Below are positions 10,471 through 19,392 of a DNA stretch of 64,000 nucleotides, piece after piece (positions within the stretch are counted from its first letter, which is position 1; every line of letters begins with the position of its first letter). The notes under the pieces are model-generated. The model was not told the DNA's origin, did not search any database, and was given only the letters and a program-made list of their open reading frames with translations. The position numbers and the translations under genes are program-made. The DNA comes from a virus. Its lineage: Duplodnaviria > Caudoviricetes. The stretch lies in the IMG/VR virus record IMGVR_UViG_3300028833_000077. One strand, 5' to 3'.

Positions 10471-12453
10471 TTACTTGTAATATCTCTTGACAATCCTACA
10501 GTTTCCTCCCTTCTTCTGGAAATGCTCCCAAGAGACTGTGAGAGTCCAATCACAGTTGGGAGCTGTAACTGTAACTTTCACAGGATATTGAACCTCAGAG
10601 GCCTTTACCCTCTGCCTTTTCTTAACAGAGACTACCTTGTGACCTCTTGCTAAGAGTTCCTTTAGTTCATCACTCTCATGATTGGCCTGTAATTCAGCAA
10701 GCCATTCCTTCCTATTGCTGGAGCCTACTTTGACTCCTCTGTCTTTAAAACACATGTTACTTTGACTTAATTGTTTCATCTAGTAATACCACAGCAGCAA
10801 GCCCTGTAAGACTTACTGCAAACAGAGAGTTCCAGCTATCACAGAAGAGAGCGAAGCATGCAGTGGCCATAAGACCACTCAAGGCAACAGCCCCTCTGAG
10901 AAGGGCCATTGCAAGAGTTTTGTTATTAATCCTTTTCATATCGTAAATTCATTAATCAGATCTTCCCAGCACTTTTGGGCTTCCTTCAGACTGATGGAAG
11001 ATTCCTCTATCCTGACATCTATAGCATCTATTGAGCCACCAGAATCATACCAAGGAGTCTGAACGTAGCTGTGCAGCAGGAAACATCTAGATGCAGCTTT
11101 GTATTCCACATCATCTGCTCCCATGAATTGGAGCATTCCTCTCAAATCCTCAATAGTGGGATCCCACTTAGGATCTGGTTCTGGCTCCAGACTGTAAAAG
11201 TCCAGCATAGCCTGAAAGTCTTTTTGGATAAGCTCTTCAGGGGCTACCCAGTTGTACCACTGCTCTACAGGGACACTATAGAGCAATCTTACGTCATTGT
11301 CCCATCCCTGGCTGATATCCTGCCAGATACTGAGGCACTTCTCTATTGTGCCATTTTCCTTAAAGGATAGCTGCACAATAGATGTACATTTGGAGGGGTT
11401 GCCCCCATTCTCTTTGATGCAGGCAAGAATAGCCTGATCAGAGAAGTCTGTGTAATTTCTCATCTGTTCGTTTGTTTAAAGGGTCTTGAATTCACTACAT
11501 AGCAAAGGGCCAGCATCTGCCAGCCCTAGACGAGAGAAATAGTACTGTTCACATTAGGCCCATATCATCCTTGCTTGTGGGGTAGAGTCTACAGATAGTA
11601 GGCAAACAGACCTAACTCTTGCCTCTTGCCATAATACTTGGCAGGAAGGTTGCGCCATGCCTCCTCTGTAGTGCGGCCAGAGCACACAAGTGTCCAGTCA
11701 CGGGTGTAAATACGTACCATACTAAGGTATGTTATATCCTGCAGAGCCATTGCCATGAGTTACTTGCCCTGGTACACTAATGTGCTTTGATTCAGGCAAG
11801 GTTATTCCACCTCATAGCAGTGGTCCTGCTTTAGTCCTCCATCTCAGTTCCATCCTGAGTACAGTGGTTTTATTCCATGGAGGTTGTCAAGAGTTCTGCC
11901 CTCATTGCTGAGGTGAATATCAGTTCAGACCTTTGAGCCCATACATCTCTTCTTATGGGGTCTTGCGGCTTAATGGGTCAATACAAACTCAATCCCACAG
12001 TAGATGTAATAGCATCCTGCGAGAAAGCCACCTGCTGATACCAACAGCATCATGCCATTGGCCAGCAGTTTCTCAAACTTTTCTGGTGTCATACAGTTAT
12101 TGTGTTTTACTCCTATGGAACCTAACTGAATAGGAAAGCCCAAGGAGCCCTCAACATCTTGGGAATGTTTAGGGCTTTTAGAGTTGCTACTTATCATTGA
12201 GGGCCATTACAGCATCAATGATCTTAGATGCACCAAGCCAAGTAGGAAGTAGTGCACATTCACCATCATGGAATGGGTCAACCTCCTCAGTCTCGTCAAA
12301 GTAAGCTACTTCGATGCACTGACCATACTTAGGATCATCCACCCTCATCAGACGGTAGATGTCTTCAGTACTGTTGGTACCTGCGATGATTACACACTTG
12401 CCACCCTTGTTGATGACGTTAGCAACTCTCTGGATCATCTGACTCTTTGTCAT
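10471..12453 (-). CDS. Array of small hypothetical genes (10471-10779, 10757-10939 membrane, 10936-11463, 12187-12453)
   Basis: Overlapping or adjacent ORFs; 10757-10939 has two hydrophobic segments. Confidence 0.6.
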
Positions 12454-13150
12454 AGTTGTATGTATTTAAAGGATTAGTAATTCCAGAGAATCCTTTGCAG
12501 CTTCAGTTGGCCTTGCTGATGCTGCTAGCAACAGCCTGAGTAGCTGTTGTTATTGCTGTGACAGACAGGATTGCTCCTGCTGGTCAGTTGCTGATGAGGC
12601 GTAAACCTCTGTTACTGAGAGCCCTGAAGCACTCAGCCAGCATTGACCAGGGGGGATGAACCCCAACCTGTCAAGGACAGGGGGAGGTGTGATATGTTAT
12701 CCCTGACTTATATACATACATTATATTCCCAACTTATACGCACATGATAGAAATTACTAGAATCCAGAAGTATCTTCCTCCTTTATAAATGCAATGCAAG
12801 TAGCTAAAAATAGAATCCATGACTTATACACATACACTATGTCTCATTTATATACACACATTAGGTATCTTTGATTCATACCCATACTCCAAATCCGTAG
12901 ATATCCCTGTTAACATTTGTAAAAATCCGTAGCTTTCCGTAGTAGAATCTGTTCTTTTCTGTTTATTCCTTGGCTGTCTGGATACTATTTAGTATTTATG
13001 TCCTCTCTTGACATACTAAAATGGATACTATAATAGTAGGGGGGGGATATAACCCACTCCCTAGATAGGAGGGGGCAGGTATAGATAGGTGTACCTTAAG
13101 GCTGTTCTTATACATGCATGATGTTCAAGGGCTTTATATATCTTTGCAGT

Positions 13151-13543
13151 ATGAATAGGATTCAGGCACATAATCAGGAGATTAGGAGGACTGCACAGTA
13201 TAGGGCTGAGGAGATGAAGATATTCCCCTCTCCTTTGGAGGAGAAGATGATGGCCTTGCTGGATAGGTATAATATCCCCTATGAGCTTCAGAAGATATTC
13301 TACATCAAGGCTGATGATGGATGGATAGTCAGGTACTACATAGCTGACTTCTATGTGCCTCAGGCAAGGCTCATCATTGAGGTGGATGGCAAGTTCCATG
13401 ACAAGCAGAGACAACATGACAAGAACCGCACTAAGGAGATACAACTGCATTATCCTGGTGTAGAGGTGTTCAGATGGAGGAATGAGGACTTCAAGGATGA
13501 TGGCAAGGTTGAAGCTCTCTTGGGAAAGGTGTTTGACAGGTAA
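13151..13543 (+). CDS. DUF559/Vsr-like PD-(D/E)XK endonuclease
   Basis: YIADFY...LIIEVDG.FH...D..RT motif; TATCTTTG at 13139. Confidence 0.8.
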   Translation: MNRIQAHNQEIRRTAQYRAEEMKIFPSPLEEKMMALLDRYNIPYELQKIFYIKADDGWIVRYYIADFYVPQARLIIEVDGKFHDKQRQHDKNRTKEIQLHYPGVEVFRWRNEDFKDDGKVEALLGKVFDR

Positions 13544-13659
13544 TGATGTTTCTCTTCAACTACTTAGGACTCAGGGATTTGCATTTTTCATAGGTAATGT
13601 TTTGTCGGTTGGATTTTTATTAGTACCTTTGCACCCGGTTTAACCAATGGGTAAAGCTG

Positions 13660-13983
13660 ATGAAAGGATTGGAAAGGTATTTGGCTGTACATGGGAGACA
13701 CTTCACTGAACAATTGGCTTGTGCAGTGTGCGATAGGAAATGGAGTATGCCTAAGATAAGGAGGCATACACAGAGGAGGGTATACTACAATGTGACAGGC
13801 TCTACTGATGGAGATATGATGTACCTGATGGAGACCTTCAGGCACTATCTCTCTGACTATACATGGCATAGGGGGATCACACTGGTCACTGAATGGGTAG
13901 GGGACTATAGCAAGTCTGGTGCACCTTTCTCCATGTGGGTATCTGGCCATGAAGATGACTTTGACTTGACACCTTATATATAA
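13660..13983 (+). CDS. Hypothetical protein, paralog of 42878..43294
   Basis: GLERYLAVHGRHFTEQL vs GMKRYINNYGCHFNKKL. Confidence 0.7.
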   Translation: MKGLERYLAVHGRHFTEQLACAVCDRKWSMPKIRRHTQRRVYYNVTGSTDGDMMYLMETFRHYLSDYTWHRGITLVTEWVGDYSKSGAPFSMWVSGHEDDFDLTPYI

Positions 13984-13999
13984 TGTACGTGTACATATT

Positions 14000-14095
14000 A
14001 AAAGGAGGGAGGCTTCACAGCTTCCCTCTTTCAGTTCACATACACATTATTAACTCAAAACTTACTCTTAAGAAATGAACAAAGAAATTTACTCA
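14000..14095 (-). ncRNA. Candidate small RNA 2 (ends approximate)
   Basis: Minus-strand TACATTTG box at 14101-14108, hairpin plus U-run at 14000-14030, no minus-strand ORF. Confidence 0.5.
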
Positions 14096-14152
14096 CGTTG
14101 CAAATGTAGGGAAAATATTCCTAAGTGACAAACTGCTTAGGAAAACACTAAG

Positions 14153-14251
14153 AAAAAAGAGGGCAAGCCCGATCATTGGCTTACCCTCAAAAACATAAAA
14201 CTACAAATCTAAAACAACTAAAACCTATGCAAACAAAGAAACGCTATTCTT
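14153..14251 (-). ncRNA. Candidate small RNA 1 (ends approximate)
   Basis: Minus-strand TATCTTTG box at 14257-14264; terminator stem 14159-14188 with U-run only on the minus strand. Confidence 0.55.
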
Positions 14252-14370
14252 TGCCACAAAGATACTGTTAAGTTTCCACCAGTGCAAGATGCTAAAGATT
14301 TTATTAAGACCCCCCGTTGAAGTTTCCCTATGCTAATCCTCAAAACACTATCAGGTCGCAGCAGCTGCAT

Positions 14371-17300
14371 TTACTCATCATCTGCTGTTACTACCATGTC
14401 GGGCAGGACAGAAGCAACCGTCATTATACCTACACCCTTTAAAGCCTCTTTTATGTTGGCAATCATCTTTGCCTTCTTTTTTGGATTCTCTTCAATGTAC
14501 TTCCTATAATCTACACCATAGGAATCCCCTGTAGACAACACATCCAGAAGCTCGTCGTCTGACAGATTGTCAATCACTACATTCAAATCATCTCCTACTA
14601 CACCCCCATGATCCCTGCTAATTTGAGACCTATACCGGGTGTTTTCTGAGACTTTCTCATTAAGCTTACTGCTTGTTGCTATCTTTGGGTTTTTCGGAAC
14701 CCTGTATGCTCTCTCAATCAAATCCTTTTCCCCTGGGGTCAAGAAGGATGTGTAGTAGGCTTCCTCTGCCTTATTAAGATCCTTTTTGTACTTCATCATG
14801 AGCTTTGCAGCCTTCAAGTACTTTCCATTCTTCAGGGCATCATTATACTCTTCTACATGCTTTAATGCTGCCTGTACATCATCATCATACATTCCCTTGT
14901 GGTAGTGGATCATATCTTCTCTCATTTCGTGAACTGTTGTATTCAGCTTATCGCTGAGGGGTGACACATCATTTTTGTTGAGTACTGTAGTATATTTTGA
15001 ACCATTATGGTCTAGTATTATTGGAGAGGTTTCCCCCAGTACGTTTGGAGGCCTGTCTGCAATAGCAAATCTTCCCAAAAACGGAGAATTTTGGATAAAG
15101 CGAGGATTAGGGCTATCTTTTCTAGCTGCTTCCAATCTAGGTACTACATCTTCATTAAAGTAGTTTTTAGTATATTTTGCTGCAGCTTTAGCTTGTTCAA
15201 GAGTCCAGGGTGTGCCTTGTGGTAGACTTTCCACTGTCTTCATCTGAGCCCACTCAGCAGCAGGAGCCTCTTCTGCAAATACTCTTCTATAGCCGTACCC
15301 AGGTTCCCAATTATATGCAGAAATGTTATTGAGCTCTAATCCAAGGTTATCTGCATCTGCTGGTATTAACCTTCCTCCGTTATCTGTAACTGTAGTAACT
15401 CCACTTTTTGATTTTAATATTCCACTTCCTGTCCCTCTGTAAGGAGTAGCTTTGTTGCTTCCTATTATAAAGGCATCATTTCTAGGTGTAACTAATAGTC
15501 CTGATTGTAAAGAGCCTAGAGGCAATGTTTCATCTATTTTAGGTGTTCCATACCATAGAAAACCGTCTGAATACATTGGAGTATCTTGGTATGCAGCAGA
15601 ATGCCCATCGACTTCTATTCCTATAGCAGGATCGAAAGTACCATTAGCAATGGCTTCATCTAAAGCTTTTTCTCTACTAATATAAGGCCTTCCATCTCTT
15701 GAGGATAGCAACTGCTCTAAATTATCCTCAATCTGATGTTGAGCTACAGAAGCATCTATATCTTTATATTTCTGATATGTTCTTCCTAGATCGTTGCCTT
15801 GTCTATATGCCATGTTAGGAGTATCTATTTCCACATCTCCAACTCTTGTTCTAACTTGTGGCTTAACAGTTAGATAGCCTTCAGGAACTTGGGGTCTACC
15901 TAATGGATATCTATAATTCTCAACAGCCAGTGCAGCATCTTTAGCTATGGGTTTAGCCAGTCTCCCCAATGGAGCTACCTCAAGAGCAGTGATTGGAGTA
16001 AAGTTCCCTTCTGCTGTTTCCTGTATGCCATGAGCACCAAAGCCTGCTGTCATTCCTGCGTCCAACCAAGGAAGGAGAGTAGAGGTTCCTAGTGCTCTTG
16101 ATGCTGCATTGGTAAATAAAGGAGAGGACACTGCTGCATCACCCAGCCATCCTAATCCAGCTGTAACTGCCTGTCCTGCCCCAGTCTCTGCTGCAGCACC
16201 AAGTATAGGTGCTGAAGCTACTGCAAAAGGTACAGCACTTGCTGCATATCCTAACTGGGCAAGACCTGGATGCTCCCTCTCCCAAGCTGCATTAGCTGCT
16301 CCTCCCCTGATAGCCTTTCTCTCTAGATGGGTATTCTGAGACCTACCATTAGCTACAGCCGTGGCATCATTGGATTCAACTGGGAAGTTAAGGAATGTAT
16401 CCTGAAGGGCCTTTCTCTGTCTAGCTACATTCTCTCCATTGGCTACTATATCGCCAAGGGTATAAGGTTGCCACCCATTAGTAGCATTCAGTCCTATGTT
16501 CATCCTCTGAGAAGGTTCTGTAGTACCATCATAAAGATTACCTCCAAGACCATGCTCCCATTTTCTACTATTGCGTGCAAATGTGATCATCTTGCGAACA
16601 GCAGGACTACCAGTTCTATACAGTTCAGCCTCTGTCTTGCCAGTTCTCTTCTTCAGTTCGGTAAGTCTGCCGCGATGGGAAGGTTTAATATGTATCCCCC
16701 CACCTTTAGCATATTCATCAGCCATCTGAAGAAGAGAACTGTCATTGCCTCTTGTAGCCCATAGGAGGTCAAGCACATCATTGCCTGTAGTAGGATGGAA
16801 TGTTGGTATCCTAAGATTACTGCCTAGCATCTCCATTGTCCTGTTGAACCTGTTTATGTTATCAAATGACTCTTGGAGCTTCTGAGCCCTTATCTCCTCT
16901 GGAGACACCTCATGGGTACTTACATAGGCATCCTCATCAGGAACTACCTGAGGAAGCATGGTTGTGTTCTGCTCTTGAAGGAGATAGGGATTGTATACAA
17001 AGGTGTTGTCAGGACTTTGTAAGGTAATGTCATTAGGTGCTGTTGGAGTAGGTCTTACCCCTAACATGAAGTGTGCCTGCTCCCTCTTTCTCCTATTGGC
17101 CAGGCCTTTCTTGAACTTCGGGTCTTTACTGGTAGCATCCATCTGTCTTGCTGCCTCAGGAAGATTCCCTGCCTCTAATGCAGCAAATAGCTTGGGAGAG
17201 TTGGCTCTGTTGAAGTCATAGTTGTACTTGTACATCAACAATGCCTCTTTGGAGCTATCAGGCAGACCCTTCCAATTGGGTATATTGGATTTTGCCCATT

Positions 17301-18189
17301 TCTCTCTGTCGGACAGTTCCTGTCTTACTGCCATCCTATTGTCAGCAGCAGACCATTTGTTGCCTCTCTTTCTATAGAGGTCATGCCATTTGGATGCAGT
17401 GAGTCCTGAACCTAAGGTCATCTTGCCATCACCTATGTCTTCAGGTTGCTTATTGAATCCTTCCTCCTTAATGGTCATATCTACAAGTTTGTCTGAGACT
17501 ATAGAGCCACCTCCTCTAAAGAGATTGCCTCCTTCAGCATGTTTGTTACCATAGACTGTTACGTTGGGTAATACTCCTCCCCAAGGTATGCCATCATATA
17601 TAGGCAGGCTTCCATCAGCTTCTCTAAGGACTACTCCATTATCTTCAGCATTCTCCAAATATGACTTTCTATCGTCCATGCTAACAGGCCCTCTGTAGCC
17701 ATCAGGAGACATAGTGAATGTATGATAGTCAGGAGACCATGTTCCACCAACCAGTCCTTGTGGATTAGTTAGAGGATTCCTGACTCCAGAGTAGATACTA
17801 CCATAATTGCCAATACTCTTTGAGCTGAATGTAGGATGATACACTGTTTTGAATTCATTAGAGAAATGTGCAGTTGGATCTCCTTTGAGCATCTTCCATG
17901 CTTCTTCAGGATACTTGTTGAAGTATGCCTCATAGTCATAGGTATTATCCTCATCAGGCCTGATGCCCTTGTGTTCAGCTACTTGTCTCTTCCAACTATT
18001 ATAGCTCCAGTCTGTATCAATAGGGCCTCCTTCAGCAAACTCATTGTATTTAGCCCTGATGTCACTCAGATTGGTAATGCCATTCTGGACAGCCACCTTC
18101 ATCATAGCTGCCTTCTCCTTCATTGACAGTCTGTCCCATGCGTCCTTGGGAGCCAGAAAGTCAGGGTCTATCCACTGTACCTCCTTCAT
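14371..18189 (-). CDS. Large multidomain (probably virion/cargo) protein with a GH24 phage-lysozyme domain
   Basis: IKEEGF...D..G..TLG.G...SPKLFAAL..GN..EAA.QM...GLANRR.RE; modules separated by [FYH]xxGG. Confidence 0.75.
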   Translation of the reverse strand: MKEVQWIDPDFLAPKDAWDRLSMKEKAAMMKVAVQNGITNLSDIRAKYNEFAEGGPIDTDWSYNSWKRQVAEHKGIRPDEDNTYDYEAYFNKYPEEAWKMLKGDPTAHFSNEFKTVYHPTFSSKSIGNYGSIYSGVRNPLTNPQGLVGGTWSPDYHTFTMSPDGYRGPVSMDDRKSYLENAEDNGVVLREADGSLPIYDGIPWGGVLPNVTVYGNKHAEGGNLFRGGGSIVSDKLVDMTIKEEGFNKQPEDIGDGKMTLGSGLTASKWHDLYRKRGNKWSAADNRMAVRQELSDREKWAKSNIPNWKGLPDSSKEALLMYKYNYDFNRANSPKLFAALEAGNLPEAARQMDATSKDPKFKKGLANRRKREQAHFMLGVRPTPTAPNDITLQSPDNTFVYNPYLLQEQNTTMLPQVVPDEDAYVSTHEVSPEEIRAQKLQESFDNINRFNRTMEMLGSNLRIPTFHPTTGNDVLDLLWATRGNDSSLLQMADEYAKGGGIHIKPSHRGRLTELKKRTGKTEAELYRTGSPAVRKMITFARNSRKWEHGLGGNLYDGTTEPSQRMNIGLNATNGWQPYTLGDIVANGENVARQRKALQDTFLNFPVESNDATAVANGRSQNTHLERKAIRGGAANAAWEREHPGLAQLGYAASAVPFAVASAPILGAAAETGAGQAVTAGLGWLGDAAVSSPLFTNAASRALGTSTLLPWLDAGMTAGFGAHGIQETAEGNFTPITALEVAPLGRLAKPIAKDAALAVENYRYPLGRPQVPEGYLTVKPQVRTRVGDVEIDTPNMAYRQGNDLGRTYQKYKDIDASVAQHQIEDNLEQLLSSRDGRPYISREKALDEAIANGTFDPAIGIEVDGHSAAYQDTPMYSDGFLWYGTPKIDETLPLGSLQSGLLVTPRNDAFIIGSNKATPYRGTGSGILKSKSGVTTVTDNGGRLIPADADNLGLELNNISAYNWEPGYGYRRVFAEEAPAAEWAQMKTVESLPQGTPWTLEQAKAAAKYTKNYFNEDVVPRLEAARKDSPNPRFIQNSPFLGRFAIADRPPNVLGETSPIILDHNGSKYTTVLNKNDVSPLSDKLNTTVHEMREDMIHYHKGMYDDDVQAALKHVEEYNDALKNGKYLKAAKLMMKYKKDLNKAEEAYYTSFLTPGEKDLIERAYRVPKNPKIATSSKLNEKVSENTRYRSQISRDHGGVVGDDLNVVIDNLSDDELLDVLSTGDSYGVDYRKYIEENPKKKAKMIANIKEALKGVGIMTVASVLPDMVVTADDE

Positions 18190-18330
18190 ATCCTAATCTA
18201 TTCTGCTGCAAAGATAAACAATATATTCCACTTCTCCAAATATCTTATAAAGAAAGACAGGAAGATTATATAATCCTCCTGCCTCCTCGATTAACCCCTA
18301 AAACATGAAAAACAACAAACTATGAAAAAA

Positions 18331-18798
18331 CTACTTAATGATCAAGGTTATCTTCTCTCCTCTGACATATGCCTCATGGAGCTTACTGTAGAGCTTCAGG
18401 AATGTGGCCTTTGAGTCAGTTACCATTCCTACCACATCATTCTTCCCCACCAGTATACATCCTGCACTGTCTGCTGCTGTAGAGCCTGGGTGTATCAGTA
18501 TGCCTGAGAATCCTTTCACAGGCTCTATCCTTGGCATCCTTGCTCCACGGCAGTTCATGACATACCATGGCTTCAGGGAGTACTTGGGACTAACAACATC
18601 CATTCGTACAATATATGTTCCTGTTGGTATGGCAGTCCTGGCAGCCACCTTCACCTTCTTTATCTTATCTTCAGACATGGATTGGTCAAGATGGCGGTCC
18701 TTGTCCTCACATGTATTGCAGAAGAATGTACCATTGATATACAGTCTGCCAATGGTGTATGTCTCCTTCTTCCATTTCCTGTCTATCAGTATCTCCAT
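18331..18798 (-). CDS. DUF5675-type putative endolysin
   Basis: TIGRLYING...TAIP.G.Y...F.GILIH.G.T..DS.GCILVG; next to a holin-like gene. Confidence 0.75.
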   Translation of the reverse strand: MEILIDRKWKKETYTIGRLYINGTFFCNTCEDKDRHLDQSMSEDKIKKVKVAARTAIPTGTYIVRMDVVSPKYSLKPWYVMNCRGARMPRIEPVKGFSGILIHPGSTAADSAGCILVGKNDVVGMVTDSKATFLKLYSKLHEAYVRGEKITLIIK

Positions 18799-18804
18799 TG
18801 TATA

Positions 18805-19221
18805 CTATCCTTTTTTAGCTCTCTTCTTTGTACCTACCTCCACACCTGCATCTGAGAACTTCACATCTGACTGGAAGTCCATCTTCCTTAGTTTGCAGGT
18901 CGCATCCAAACAAATGCTGCCCAATATGTTAATCATCTGCTGCTGCAGTTGGCTCACCTGTGTCTTGAGGCTGTCATTCTCCTTTTGCAGAAGGTCTATC
19001 TTCTGGTTCTGGGACATAATGACAACCTCCATGGTTTCCTTCTGAGTAGCCAAGTTGGTCTCCATCATCTTCTTATATGTATCGAATGAATCACTCATGT
19101 TTTTGATCTGCTGGGCATCGACCTCTGAGTTGAACTTCCGCCTTGTCAGGAGGAAAGTCACCACACTTGTTACTATTGTGCAGAAAAGGCCGACTATTGT
19201 TGAAATAATCCCGGTACCCAT
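18805..19221 (-). CDS. Holin-like protein (N-terminal TM plus coiled coil)
   Basis: IISTIVGLFCTIVTSVVTFLLTRRK; directly upstream of the endolysin. Confidence 0.6.
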   Translation of the reverse strand: MGTGIISTIVGLFCTIVTSVVTFLLTRRKFNSEVDAQQIKNMSDSFDTYKKMMETNLATQKETMEVVIMSQNQKIDLLQKENDSLKTQVSQLQQQMINILGSICLDATCKLRKMDFQSDVKFSDAGVEVGTKKRAKKG

Positions 19222-19392
19222 CGTGCTTATTACTTTGCCATTATATACTCTATCTGTTTCTGATACAAAGGTACACATTATATATATAGGCTCCTATACC
19301 ATTAAGGGCTCTATTATTCAGAACTAACACTTTTGCTAAGGTCTGCAATATAGAGAGGGACAATTCGTATCTTTGCCACTGATAAAATATTC

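Noticed and set aside
14075-14271. Plus-strand micro-ORFs MNKEIY... and MQTKKR...
   Set aside because: They follow a terminator, lack a plus-strand promoter and run into the reverse promoter boxes; the antisense reading is preferred but not proven
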